The notes beneath the pieces were generated by a model. That model did no database searches. It saw only the letters and a list, made by a program, of their open reading frames with translations, and was not told the DNA's origin. Of a stretch of DNA of 64,000 nt, positions 47,320-57,726 are shown one piece after another (position 1 is the stretch's first letter; each line of letters opens with the position of its first letter). This stretch comes from an uncultured Alphaproteobacteria bacterium. GTDB lineage: Bacteria; Pseudomonadota; Alphaproteobacteria; Sphingomonadales; Sphingomonadaceae. The stretch is from contig CAWBJN010000019.1 of NCBI GenBank assembly GCA_963789155.1, positions 70,199 to 134,198 on the forward strand, written 5' to 3'. The position numbers and the translations under genes were made by a program.

Positions 47320-49855
47320 GTAACGATGTTTACCAAACGGTCGGGCACGACGATCACCTTGCGAACTTCTGCTCCATCAAGCGAACGCTGAACCTTCTCG
47401 CTGCTCAGCGCAAGCGCTTCGAGGGTGTCTTTGGATGCGCCCTTGGGCACGGTCAGCGTGTCGCGCAACTTGCCTTTGTGCTGGATCGCGATGGTCACTT
47501 CGTCTTCGACCAGCATTGCCGGATCGTGCGCGGGCCATGCGGCGTCAGCGATCAGCGCCGTCTCCCCCAGAACCGAATACGCTTCTTCGGCGAGATGCGG
47601 CATCATTGGCGCGATCAGGTGCAAGATTGTGCGAATGGCAAAATTGCGTGATTCGCTGGGGCAGCCTTCTCTGCCGCGCCGGTGAGTTCGTAAATGCGTG
47701 CAACCGCTTTGTTAAAGCCGAGCGCTTCGATATCTTCGGCCACCGCAACGATGGCCTGGTGGGCTTTGCGCGCGAGGGCTTTATCCTCACCACTCGCCGC
47801 AGGGTCGATCTGGCCGAACAAACGCCACAGCCGCTGGACGAACCGGTAGCACCCTTCGATCCCGCTTTCGGACCACGGCAAATCGCGTTCTGGCGGGCTG
47901 TCGGAAAGCATGAACCAGCGCACTGCATCTGCGCCGTAATTTTCGATGATATTGTCGGGATCGACGACGTTTTTCTTCGATTTCGACATTTTGACGACGC
48001 GGCCCGACGTGACCGGCGCTCCGTCCTTGATCGTTACCCAATCGGCGCCATCCTTGCGAACTTCGCCCGGCGAGAGCCAGCTTCCGTCGCCAAGACTGTA
48101 CGTCTCATGCGTGACCATCCCTTGCGTAAACAACGCCGCAAACGGCTCTTTCACATCGAATTTGCCGATATGCGAAAGCGCACGGGTCCAGAAACGCGCG
48201 TAGAGCAGATGCAAAATCGCATGCTCGATCCCGCCGATATAATGCTGCACGGGCATCCATTTGGCGATCTCTGCGGGGTCGAACGGTGCGTCTGTAGGCT
48301 GGCTGGCAAAGCGCAGGAAATACCAGCTGGAATTGGTGAAGGTGTCGAGCGTATCAGTCTCACGCTGCGCCGCGCCGCCGCATTGGGGGCAGGTCGTGTG
48401 TTTCCAGGTCGGATGCCGTTCAAGCGGATTGCCCGGTGTTTCAAAATCGACGTCTTGAGGCAAAGTGACCGGCAGCTGATCCTTGGGCACAGGCACGATG
48501 TCGCATTTCGCGCAGTGGATGAAGGGGATTGGTGTGCCCCAATACCGTTGCCGCGAAACGCCCCAATCGCGCAGCCGCCATACGGTGGTGCCTTGACCCC
48601 AACCGCCCGCTTCTGCGCGGGTGATGACTTCGGCCTTGGCGTCGTCCACCACCTTGCCATCGAGGAAGTCCGAATTGACGATCACGCCGTCTCCCGGTTC
48701 CGCCTCATCACCCATCGGCGCATCGGCTTGCGCTGGGTCAGAGGCGACCACGCGCATAATCGGAAGTGCGTATTTAGTCGCAAATTCGAAGTCACGCTGA
48801 TCATGCCCCGGCACGCCCATAACCGCGCCGGTGCCGTAATCCATCAGCACAAAGTTCGCGATGAACACAGGCATTGCAGCGCCCGTAAACGGATGACGCG
48901 CGGTGATCGGAGTGCGGTAGCCAAGCTTCTCCGCAGTCTCCAGCGCCGCAGCGGTTGTCCCGCCGCGTTTGCACTCTTCGATGAACTCTGTGACTTCCGC
49001 GCTATCCGCAGCCAGTGCCTGAGCGACCGGATGATCGGCCGCAACCGCAACAAAGCTCGCACCAAAGATCGTGTCGGGCCGCGTGGTGTAAACGGGTAAT
49101 GTCTCGCCGTTCGAAAGCGCGAAGGAAAACTCAAGACCCTGCGACTTGCCGATCCAGTTTTCCTGCATCAACCGCACCTTGTCAGGCCAGTCTTTCAGAT
49201 CGCCAAGCCCATCGAGCAACTCTTCGGCAAAGTCGGTGATTTTCAGGAACCACTGGTCCAGCTTGCGCTTCTCGACCTCTGCGCCCGACCGCCAGCCCTT
49301 GCCATCGATCACTTGCTCGTTCGCCAGCACGGTCATGTCGACCGGGTCCCAGTTCACTTCGCTGGAACGGCGATAGACCAGATCGCTGGCATACATATCA
49401 AGGAACAGCGCCTGTTCGTGGCGATAATATTCCGGGTCGCAGGTCGCGAATTCACGCGTCCAGTCGAGCGCAAAGCCAATGCCTTTGAGCTGGGTCTTCA
49501 TCGCCTCGATATTGGCGTAGGTCCAGTCGCCGGGATGAACCTTCTTTTCCATCGCGGCATTTTCCGCCGGCATTCCAAATGCGTCCCAGCCCATCGGGTG
49601 CAGCACTTCGTAACCGCGCATCTTCTTATAGCGCGCCAGCACATCGCCCATCGTGTAATTGCGCACATGGCCCATATGGATGCGTCCCGATGGGTAGGGG
49701 AACATCTCTAGGATGTAGCTTTTAGGCTTTTCGCTGTTTGAATCAGCGGTGAAAGTGCCCGCTTCGTCCCACGCGCGCTGCCACCGCGAATCGGCTATGC
49801 GCGGATCGAAACGATCCGAAGGGGCGGAAGACGGATCGAATCGAATGTCAGTCAT
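47316..49855 (-). pseudogene. leuS: Leucine--tRNA ligase, frameshift at the C4/G4 run 47657-47660
   Basis: HMGH at [14 protein letters not shown] and KMSKS at [10 protein letters not shown]. The 746-aa fragment ends ..[20 protein letters not shown]. The neighbouring frame reads [27 protein letters not shown]... to the normal C-terminus. Confidence 0.97.
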
Positions 49856-49899
49856 GAACGTATCGCTAGAGCGCCAAAGCCTTAACGCAAGAGCCCTGC

Positions 49900-50370
49900 T
49901 TAGCCTGTTACGGCCTGACGGCGCAGATCGCGCGCCTTTGTGAGGATAATATCCTCAAGTTTCTGCACAGTAGCCGCCTGAACGGGTGCATCGACCCATC
50001 CTCCGCCCTGCGCAACTTGGCGAGACGCCGCGACGCGCAGCGCATCAGCACGCAAATCCTGGTCGAGAATCGTGACAGTGACTTTTACCCGTTCATTCGG
50101 ATTGCTGGGATTCGCATACCAATCGGTCACGATCACGCCGCCATTGCTATCCGCCGACAAAAGCGGCGCAAAGCTGAGCGTATCGAGCGCACCGCGCCAT
50201 AAATAGGCGTTCACGCCGATTGCATTGACCTGCGACGCCTGAAGCTGGCTGGTTGGGCGTTCATTACCGCCGCAAGCGGCAAGCATGCCGACCGCTGCCG
50301 CGAGGCTGACGAATCGAGTCGTTTTCGAAATTGCAGTTTTGGCGCGTGTCACGGCGGTTGAATCCCTCAT
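49900..50370 (-). CDS. DUF3576-family lipoprotein
   Basis: Lipobox MLAAC, then [34 protein letters not shown]...[11 protein letters not shown]. Confidence 0.78.
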   Translation of the reverse strand: MRDSTAVTRAKTAISKTTRFVSLAAAVGMLAACGGNERPTSQLQASQVNAIGVNAYLWRGALDTLSFAPLLSADSNGGVIVTDWYANPSNPNERVKVTVTILDQDLRADALRVAASRQVAQGGGWVDAPVQAATVQKLEDIILTKARDLRRQAVTG

Positions 50371-50726
50371 TTATCTATCTCTTAGTCCTATACCGGGACT
50401 GCCCGGCGCGGCAAGGCCGTTGAAAATCTCAAATCGCCCCGCATTGGCGGGTTTCCTAGCATGAATGCGCCTGTATGCGCGCTGAATCGGTGGGTCTAGG
50501 CAGAGAGTCTCTCGAAGACTCTGTGTGGTCTGCGCAACAGTTCGCACGATAAGGCCATCTTTGAGCGTACAAAACGTTTGCCTAACGTAGCGTCACACAC
50601 CTATCACCGAGTCGTTGTAGATCGTGAGTTGCGATAATCATCGTGGGTTCAGCAGCATTATGCTTCTTTACCAACTTGAGATTTTGCCAAACTTGAGATT
50701 TGAACTGCAATCGAATGGGGCACGAA

Positions 50727-51563
50727 ATGACACGGATGGACACTAAAACAGCGGGAAAGCAGCTTAAGCTGCCGCTGTTCGGTGCGTTCGCGGCATTGGC
50801 GATGGCCCTGCCATCAGCAGGATTGGCGGTTGTTGGTCTGGGCGTTGGCGCGCCGGCTGGCGAATCGACATTCGATCTGTTCACTCCGGCTTCCGTTGAT
50901 CCAGAACTCGCCGCACGGGTCGCGGATAAAGCGCGAGAGCGCGGCATTCACTTCACTCCTGCGGGCACCACCACCACTGCCGGCAATGATCGGACAGTGA
51001 CCGTCGCCGTTAGGATCGACGATCAAACCGCACAGGCTATTCCGGTGCGCTCTGCTGTCGAATTGGTCCCAGGTGCAGGATCTGGCATCGCCGGTATTCA
51101 AGCGAGCCGGTTTAACCTTGGCACAGCGCGCGGCTATCAAAGCTTTGCTCGCACGCAGACCGCATCGACCAAACCGTCCGCGACATCGCTTCCAGAAGCT
51201 CTTCGTAACGTTGGCACCCGTAATTTGGCATCGAGCGCGCGGGTCAGCACCTCGCGGATGTCCAATCCGAGCATGCCTGACTTGTCCGAATTCGAACCGG
51301 CACGGTCCACTCGTGTGGATGAGCCAAGCCGTCTTCAAACGCGGATCGAATTGGGTGAAGAAACGATTACAGGTCGTTCACCAAACACGCTTGATGATTT
51401 GGCATCGCAGACAGTAGATGTCGGCGGCAGCTTCCGCCTTTCGCCTAATTTGAATGTGAGAGCCGGTGTACGGCTGTCGCAAGAGCGCGACCGTCTCGAC
51501 CCTGTTACCAATTCGGTTCAGGACAGCCAGGCTGTCTATGTCGGAACGCAAATTCGCTTCTAG
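50727..51563 (+). CDS. Hypothetical exported protein, possible outer-membrane beta-barrel
   Basis: Signal-like LPLFGAFAALAMALPSAGLA. The C-terminus ..SQAVYVGTQIRF ends in a terminal Phe. I recognise no family, and the start is uncertain (50700, 50727 or 50736). Confidence 0.5.
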   Translation: MTRMDTKTAGKQLKLPLFGAFAALAMALPSAGLAVVGLGVGAPAGESTFDLFTPASVDPELAARVADKARERGIHFTPAGTTTTAGNDRTVTVAVRIDDQTAQAIPVRSAVELVPGAGSGIAGIQASRFNLGTARGYQSFARTQTASTKPSATSLPEALRNVGTRNLASSARVSTSRMSNPSMPDLSEFEPARSTRVDEPSRLQTRIELGEETITGRSPNTLDDLASQTVDVGGSFRLSPNLNVRAGVRLSQERDRLDPVTNSVQDSQAVYVGTQIRF

Positions 51564-51593
51564 ATACGGTTTCGTTTGCGACCTGAGTTAAAA

Positions 51594-51618
51594 GACCTCG
51601 CCTTGGCGGGGTTTTTTG
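51594..51618 (+). terminator. Intrinsic terminator
   Basis: The stem acctcg...cgggg(t) includes a G-U pair and is followed by tttttt (51612-51617). Confidence 0.55.
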
Positions 51619-51675
51619 TTGCCTGACGTTACGGCATGGCTACCATCCTGTATCCAGCTATCAGGAGAATTTAAT

Positions 51676-52398
51676 ATGAGCCGTGTCGCCATTGTAACCG
51701 GAGGAACGCGCGGGATCGGGCGTGCGATTTGCGAGCAACTGATGTCAGATGGCTTCACCGTCGTCGCAAATTACGCCGGAAATGATGACGCGGCCCAGAC
51801 TTGCGAAGAAAGCATCGGGGTCAAATGTTACAAATGGGATGTCGGCGATCATGAAGCGACATTGGCAGGTTGCGCGAGAGTCGCCGAAGAAGTCGGCCCC
51901 ATCGACGTGGTGGTCAACAATGCCGGAATCACCCGCGATGGCACTTTGCACAAGATGAGCTTTGACGATTGGAATGACGTCATGCGGATCAATCTGGGCG
52001 GATGCTTCAATATGTCAAAGGCATGTTTCCCCGGAATGCGGGACCGCAAATGGGGCCGGATCGTCAATATCGGTTCGATCAACGGGCAGGCTGGGCAATA
52101 TGGCCAAGTGAATTATGCTGCGGCGAAATCGGGCATTCACGGCTTTACCAAAGCGCTCGCACAAGAAGGTGCGCGATCAAACATCACCGTCAACGCCATC
52201 GCGCCCGGCTATATCGATACAGATATGGTCGCGGCTGTGCCAGAAAATGTGCTGGAGAAAATCGTCGCGGGCATTCCTGTCGGACGGCTGGGCCAAGCAA
52301 GTGAGATCGCGCGCGGGGTCAGCTTTTTGTGCAGCGAAGATGCGGGCTTTGTCACCGGTTCAACGATGAGCATCAATGGCGGCCAGCATATGTATTGA
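51676..52398 (+). CDS. phbB: Acetoacetyl-CoA reductase (SDR)
   Basis: MSRVAIVTGGTRGIGRAI, NNAGITRD, YAAAKSG. AGGAGA lies 8 nt upstream of ATG 51676. Confidence 0.9.
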   Translation: MSRVAIVTGGTRGIGRAICEQLMSDGFTVVANYAGNDDAAQTCEESIGVKCYKWDVGDHEATLAGCARVAEEVGPIDVVVNNAGITRDGTLHKMSFDDWNDVMRINLGGCFNMSKACFPGMRDRKWGRIVNIGSINGQAGQYGQVNYAAAKSGIHGFTKALAQEGARSNITVNAIAPGYIDTDMVAAVPENVLEKIVAGIPVGRLGQASEIARGVSFLCSEDAGFVTGSTMSINGGQHMY

Positions 52399-52430
52399 TC
52401 CAAGGGATCACAGGCTAAGGGGAAATTCGC

Positions 52431-52826
52431 ATGCAAAAGACCACACATAATCCGACACCGTGGCTGCAAGGCTTTGGGCTGAACCACGCGGTTGAAGTGA
52501 AAGGCGGCGAGCGAACGCTTTATCTCTCAGGCCAAACCGCCTCGGATGCAGATGGCGCGCCGATGCATCCCGGCGACATTGTCGCTCAATATAAGGTCGC
52601 GTGGCAATGCCTGCTTGATGCGCTGGCATCAGCAGGCATGGATGCAACCCATATCGTGCGGCTCAATTTCTATGTTACCGACGTCGCTGCCTTTATGGCG
52701 GCGGCAGATCAGATGATGCCTATCCACGGAGAGGCTGGCGCAGAGATAGCCAGCACGCTTCTTGGGGTGAATGAGCTGTACCACCCTGACATTATGATCG
52801 AGATTGAAGCAACTGCGGTGGCGTAG
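52431..52826 (+). CDS. RidA/YjgF-family protein
   Basis: 131 aa. LYLSGQTASDADGAPMHPGDIVAQ...IVRLNFYVTD...IMIEIEATAVA. Confidence 0.82.
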   Translation: MQKTTHNPTPWLQGFGLNHAVEVKGGERTLYLSGQTASDADGAPMHPGDIVAQYKVAWQCLLDALASAGMDATHIVRLNFYVTDVAAFMAAADQMMPIHGEAGAEIASTLLGVNELYHPDIMIEIEATAVA

Positions 52827-52944
52827 ATCGCAACACGCGAATGAAGAAATGCGATAGCGCCAAACCTGGCTATCCGGTAACTGGCGACACTTCACACAAT
52901 AGCCAAGGAACGCCGCTATCGACCGCGAACTGACAGAAGCAGAA

Positions 52945-53127
52945 GTGAGCGCGATCGTCGAAATGGCGTTGAGCGATCACACAAGCTTTGCAGAAATCGA
53001 AGCGCAATTTGGCTTATCTGACAAACAGGTCAAAGTGCTGATGCGGGACAATCTGAAACCCTCCAGCTACCGAAACTGGCGCAAACGGGTGCGCGAATTC
53101 AGCGATCGGCGCGAGCATTACAAGTAG
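52945..53127 (+). CDS. TIGR03643/DUF2805-family small protein
   Basis: IVEMALSDHTSFAEIEAQFGLSDKQVKVLMRDNLKPSSYRNWRKRVREFSDRREHYK. The frame is open from 52903 and the start is GTG, so the true start is uncertain. Confidence 0.72.
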   Translation: MSAIVEMALSDHTSFAEIEAQFGLSDKQVKVLMRDNLKPSSYRNWRKRVREFSDRREHYK

Positions 53128-53152
53128 GCGCGCGAGATGCGCGCTCGTTTTC
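53128..53152 (+). terminator. Candidate terminator
   Basis: gcgcgc (53128-53133) pairs with gcgcgc (53139-53144), followed by tcgttttcc. Confidence 0.5.
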
Positions 53153-53362
53153 CTACATGCAGGCGGCGCGCTATGAAAAAGGTCGCTCTTTGACATTGTC
53201 AGCTCGCACATGGTGCGTAACAAAACCGCGCCGGAGTTGGACAGTTGTCACCCGTGTCCTTTACCTGGTTTTCATTGTAAATCATATGCTTGCCGCGTTT
53301 GGCACAGATGACACCTTGGCCAATGTGTCATGTGTATCCACCATCGGCTAATAGGAGAATTG

Positions 53363-53617
53363 ATGACCACGCCTCCTTATCATCCGCCGGTGAAACGCTC
53401 AGTCCAGATCGCTCGTCACAAAACCTCCATCAGTTTGGAGCCATTGTTCTGGGACATGCTGAAGGACGCCGCCGCGCGCAGGGATCTTCCTATCAACGCA
53501 TTGGTAGGTCAGATTGATGCTGAACGGATAAAAGCTGCGACACCGCCGGGTTTGGCGAGTGCGATCAGGGTGTGGCTTGTTACCAATGAGATGAAAGGCG
53601 CGCCCGGAGACGCTTAA
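53363..53617 (+). CDS. Ribbon-helix-helix domain protein (RHH_4-like)
   Basis: [49 protein letters not shown] lies upstream of ATG 53363. Confidence 0.75.
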   Translation: MTTPPYHPPVKRSVQIARHKTSISLEPLFWDMLKDAAARRDLPINALVGQIDAERIKAATPPGLASAIRVWLVTNEMKGAPGDA

Positions 53618-54894
53618 TCGTCGACCCGCTCAATATCGGCGCCGACCAATTGGAGCTTTTCCTCAAGCCGCTCATATCCGCGATCAAGGTGATAGATGCG
53701 GCGCACCTGCGTCTCGCCCTCAGCCGCTAGTGCCGCGATAATCAGGCTCATCGATGCCCGCAAATCGGTCGCCATGACTTCCGCGCCAGTCAGCTCCACC
53801 GGCCCTTTGACCACGGCGGTGCGGCCTTGCGTCGAAATATCTGCGCCCATCCGAATAAGTTCGGGCACATGCATGAAACGGTTTTCAAAAATCGTTTCTT
53901 TGAGGACACTGGTCCCTTCCGCCTTGCACAGCAGGCTCATAAGTTGAGCCTGCATATCGGTCGCAAGACCGGGAAACGGCGCGGTGGTCAGATCGACCGG
54001 CTTTAATCCGCCATTTGCAGCGATATTAACGCCCTTGGCATCTTCATCAATTTGCAGACCAATTTTTCGTAGCGCCGATAGGGTCGAAATCATGTCAGCA
54101 GCCTTTGCGCCCTCCAGCCGGACTTCGCCGCCAGTGATTGCCGCCGCGCACGCATAGGATCCCGCTTCGATCCGGTCAGGCATGACTTTATACGTTGCGC
54201 CGTTGAGGCGTTTCACCCCGTGGATGGTGAGCTCAGATGAACCGATCCCTTCGATCTCTGCACCCATCGCAATCAGCAGGTTGCACAGATCCACGATCTC
54301 AGGCTCGCGCGCCGCGCCGCTTAACCGGCTCGTGCCATTGGCGAGAACCGCAGTCATCAACGCATTTTCTGTCGCGCCGACCGAAACAACCGGGAAATCG
54401 AAGTCACCGCCCGGCAGACCGCCATCTGGAGCCATCGCCTTCACATACCCCTGGGTAAGCTCGATGTCGGCTCCGAACGCCTCAAGCGCCTTTAGGTGCA
54501 AATCAATCGGCCGGTTCCCGATCGCGCACCCACCGGGCATCGACACGGTCGCTTCACCCGCACGCGCCAGCATGGGGCCCAGAACCAAAATGGAGGCACG
54601 CATTTTGCGGACCAAATCATACGGCGCGACGGTGGAAGTCAAACGTGATGCTTCAAACGTAACCACCCGGCCAAAGTCTTCAGGACGCTTGCCCTGAATA
54701 CTCGTTGAAACGCCAAATTGCGTCATCAGGTGCTGAAACCCGTCAATATCCGCGAGCCGCGGCAGATTGCGCAGCGTCAACGGCTCGTCAGTTAAAAGCG
54801 CACAGGGAATGAGCGTCAGCGCAGCATTCTTCGCGCCGGAGATAGGAATAGTGCCCGACAGGCGATTGCCGCCGCGAATGATCAATTTGTCCAT
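53614..54894 (-). CDS. murA: UDP-N-acetylglucosamine 1-carboxyvinyltransferase
   Basis: [41 protein letters not shown]. Full length, 426 aa. Confidence 0.97.
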   Translation of the reverse strand: MDKLIIRGGNRLSGTIPISGAKNAALTLIPCALLTDEPLTLRNLPRLADIDGFQHLMTQFGVSTSIQGKRPEDFGRVVTFEASRLTSTVAPYDLVRKMRASILVLGPMLARAGEATVSMPGGCAIGNRPIDLHLKALEAFGADIELTQGYVKAMAPDGGLPGGDFDFPVVSVGATENALMTAVLANGTSRLSGAAREPEIVDLCNLLIAMGAEIEGIGSSELTIHGVKRLNGATYKVMPDRIEAGSYACAAAITGGEVRLEGAKAADMISTLSALRKIGLQIDEDAKGVNIAANGGLKPVDLTTAPFPGLATDMQAQLMSLLCKAEGTSVLKETIFENRFMHVPELIRMGADISTQGRTAVVKGPVELTGAEVMATDLRASMSLIIAALAAEGETQVRRIYHLDRGYERLEEKLQLVGADIERVDD

Positions 54895-55021
54895 CGAAAC
54901 AGCCTTAGCGAAAGTTGCCTTGGGCGCAACTCACTCTCAACATTGACCTCGGCGGATTGAGGCGGCACGAGTTTTGCGCAAATAGCGTCCGCACCGCAGC
55001 CATTCCGAAAGGCCCGTTTCC

Positions 55022-55900
55022 ATGTCCCAGAAGCCCATCAAAAAAGCCGTTTTTCCCGTGGCCGGGCTCGGCACGCGGTTTCTGCCTGCGACCAAGGCGA
55101 TCCCTAAAGAATTGCTTCCCATCGTTGATCGCCCGCTGATCCAATATGCCGTCGACGAAGCGCGCGAAGCCGGGATCGAACAGATGATATTCGTCACCGG
55201 ACGCGGTAAATCGGCCATCGTTGAGCATTTCGACATCGCGTATGAGTTGGAAAAGACCATGAGCGAGCGCGGGAAGGATTTGGCCGTGCTTGACCCCACC
55301 CGAGCCACGCCGGGCGATATCATCACCGTACGTCAGCAAGTGCCAATGGGGCTGGGCCATGCCATTTGGTGCGCGCGGGCAATTGTGGGGGATGAACCCT
55401 TTGCGATTTTCCTGCCTGACGAATTGATGGTCGGCAAGGTCGGCGGCACCGGCTGTATGAAACAGATGGTCGACGCCTATGAAGAGGTTGGCGGCAATGT
55501 GATCAGCGTGCTCGAAGTGCCGATGGGGGAAGTCTCCAGCTACGGTGTGATCGATCCGGGCGCGGTATCGGGCAATCTTACGCAAGTGAAAGGCTTGGTG
55601 GAGAAACCGGCGCAAGCCGAAGCTCCGTCAAACAAGATCATTTCGGGACGCTATATCCTGCAACCAGAAGTCATGCGCACACTCGAGACACAAGGCACGG
55701 GCGCGGGCGGTGAAATTCAGCTGACCGATGCGATGGCGAGGATGATTGGCACTCAGCCATTTCACGCGGTGACTTTTGATGGCAATCGCTATGATTGCGG
55801 TAGCAAACTGGGATTCGTCGAAGCAACCCTGGCCGTGGCTTTGCAGCGCGAAGACATGGGCGCCGAAGTGCGCGCGATGGCGCAAAGACTGCTTGGCTAA
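55022..55900 (+). CDS. galU: UTP--glucose-1-phosphate uridylyltransferase
   Basis: KAVFPVAGLGTRFLPATKAIPKELLPIVDRPLIQY, VEKP. Confidence 0.94.
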   Translation: MSQKPIKKAVFPVAGLGTRFLPATKAIPKELLPIVDRPLIQYAVDEAREAGIEQMIFVTGRGKSAIVEHFDIAYELEKTMSERGKDLAVLDPTRATPGDIITVRQQVPMGLGHAIWCARAIVGDEPFAIFLPDELMVGKVGGTGCMKQMVDAYEEVGGNVISVLEVPMGEVSSYGVIDPGAVSGNLTQVKGLVEKPAQAEAPSNKIISGRYILQPEVMRTLETQGTGAGGEIQLTDAMARMIGTQPFHAVTFDGNRYDCGSKLGFVEATLAVALQREDMGAEVRAMAQRLLG

Positions 55901-55971
55901 CATAGAAAAGGCCCCGAAATGCGCTGCTTATGAGCGGCGCATCCGGGGCCAATGATGTGTCTCAGACCGGA

Positions 55972-57702
55972 TTACTCGGCGGCTTCGCCCCGGTCATGCT
56001 CCGCGCCGCTGCCGTCCGATTGGTCGGCGAGCGGATTGTCGAGCGGAAGTGCTGCTGCTTTAGGCTCTGCTTTCATGTCCTGAGCCGCCGCTTGAACCAG
56101 AGTGCCAAGCGATGAGCCATCGAGGCCCAGCTCTTTCATCAGACCATCCAGCACCGGTGCCTGAGCGCGGTAGGCAAGCGCGGCTGACACCGCGTCACTG
56201 GCGAGGTTTCCCGAACCACCACCTGCACCGCCGCCGCCGGAACCGCGAGAGCCACCATTCTGGGTGAGGCCGTCGACTTGTACGATTTTAATTGAATCAA
56301 TCGCTTCCATCGGCTTGGCGCTTTCACGGATGACCTCAGGCAGCACTTTGAGCAGTGCCAGTTTCGTCTGAAGGCTGATCTGATCCATCGAAAGGATGTT
56401 TGCCGCTTCGTTGATCGCCTGCTGACCGGCTGCTTCGACTTCAAAGCGCACACGGCTGGCTTCGGCGCGCAGCACCTCTGCATCGGCTTCACCCTTCGCT
56501 TCCATCCGGGCCGCTTCGGCGCGGTTCGTGGCTGCATCTTTCTCGGCTTCGGCTTCAACCTTGATGCCAATCGCATCGCGTTCGGCTTGCTTCGATGCCT
56601 CGATCAGTTCGATCTTCTTTTGACGTTCGGCGATCTCGCTTTCCCGCGCAGTGATGACCTGCTCTTCTGCGGCAACAGCTTTGGCGCGAGCGGCATCAGC
56701 TTCGGCCTTGGCCTGGCTTTCTTCACGGCTTTTGTTTTGAACCGCGATCTGTTGTTCCTGCCGGGCGATTTCAAGCGACCGGCCTTGGTCGATTCGCGCC
56801 TCTTCAACGGTCCGATCTGCTTCGATCTGCTGGCTGTCCACCTGCCGCTTGGCTTCAATCTTGGCCGCATCAGCTTCACGGGTCCGCTCTGCTTGCTCGC
56901 GGGCGATTTCCGCCATTTGAGCAGCGCGGCGCACTTCGACTTCGCGTTCCTGCGAAAGACGCGCGTATTCTTGGTCACGGCCGATCTCAAAGGATTTGGT
57001 GTCCGCCTCAAGATTCTTCATCTCCATCTGAACGCGCGTGTCCTGCTCAATATCGTTGCGCAGTTTTTTGCGCGCTTCGATTTGTTCGGTGAGCTTGGTC
57101 AGACCTTCGGCGTCAAACGCGTTGTTGGCGTTGAAGTGTTCGATGCTGGTTTGATCTAGTCCAGTCAGTGACACCGATTCTAGCTCAAGTCCGTTCATCG
57201 CGAGGTCGTTGGACGACACTTGCTGCACCTTTTGCACAAAATCGGCGCGTTGTTCGTGCAGCTCATTCATGCTCATCCCCGCAGCAACAGAGCGCAGCGC
57301 GTCGACGAATTTACCTTCGACAAGATCTTTGAGCATTTCCGGCTGCATCGTGCGCAGACCCAGCGTTTGCGCGGCCATGCCAATCGCACCGGCATCGGGT
57401 CGAACGCGGACGTAGAATTCAGCCTTCACATCAATTCGCAGGCGGTCGAGCGTAATAAGCGCCTCACCATCGCGCCGAACCACCGGCAGAACCAGCGTAT
57501 TCATATTGACCGGCATGGTCTCGTGGAAAACCGGCAGCACCAACGCGCCGCCGTTCATAACGACTTTCTCGCCGCCAACCCCGGTCCGCACAAAGGCGGT
57601 TTCTTTCGATGCGCGCCGATATAACGTCGACAGCGCGACGAGGATGATGATGAACAGGACAACGCCGCCGCCACCGATCAAAAGTATATCTAACAGTCCC
57701 AT
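55972..57702 (-). CDS. Flotillin-family SPFH protein (YqiK-like)
   Basis: N-terminal TM segment, SPFH domain, then a long Ala/Glu/Lys/Arg coiled-coil (EAEAEKDAATNRAEAARMEAKGEADAEVLRAEA..). Confidence 0.88.
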   Translation of the reverse strand: MGLLDILLIGGGGVVLFIIILVALSTLYRRASKETAFVRTGVGGEKVVMNGGALVLPVFHETMPVNMNTLVLPVVRRDGEALITLDRLRIDVKAEFYVRVRPDAGAIGMAAQTLGLRTMQPEMLKDLVEGKFVDALRSVAAGMSMNELHEQRADFVQKVQQVSSNDLAMNGLELESVSLTGLDQTSIEHFNANNAFDAEGLTKLTEQIEARKKLRNDIEQDTRVQMEMKNLEADTKSFEIGRDQEYARLSQEREVEVRRAAQMAEIAREQAERTREADAAKIEAKRQVDSQQIEADRTVEEARIDQGRSLEIARQEQQIAVQNKSREESQAKAEADAARAKAVAAEEQVITARESEIAERQKKIELIEASKQAERDAIGIKVEAEAEKDAATNRAEAARMEAKGEADAEVLRAEASRVRFEVEAAGQQAINEAANILSMDQISLQTKLALLKVLPEVIRESAKPMEAIDSIKIVQVDGLTQNGGSRGSGGGGAGGGSGNLASDAVSAALAYRAQAPVLDGLMKELGLDGSSLGTLVQAAAQDMKAEPKAAALPLDNPLADQSDGSGAEHDRGEAAE

Positions 57703-57726
57703 ATTTCCTCCAATCAATTCTTACAG

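Noticed and set aside
47435-49099. 554-aa plus-strand ORF antisense to leuS
   Set aside because: It overlaps the leuS coding frame throughout, has Arg-rich nonsense composition and no RBS. It is an artefact of GC-rich codon bias.
50433-50452. Small hairpin cccgc-attg-gcggg followed by ttt, considered as the terminator of an orphan plus-strand sRNA
   Set aside because: It has only a 5-bp stem and a 3-T tail, with no upstream promoter-like element. It is as likely to be part of the DUF3576 promoter region.
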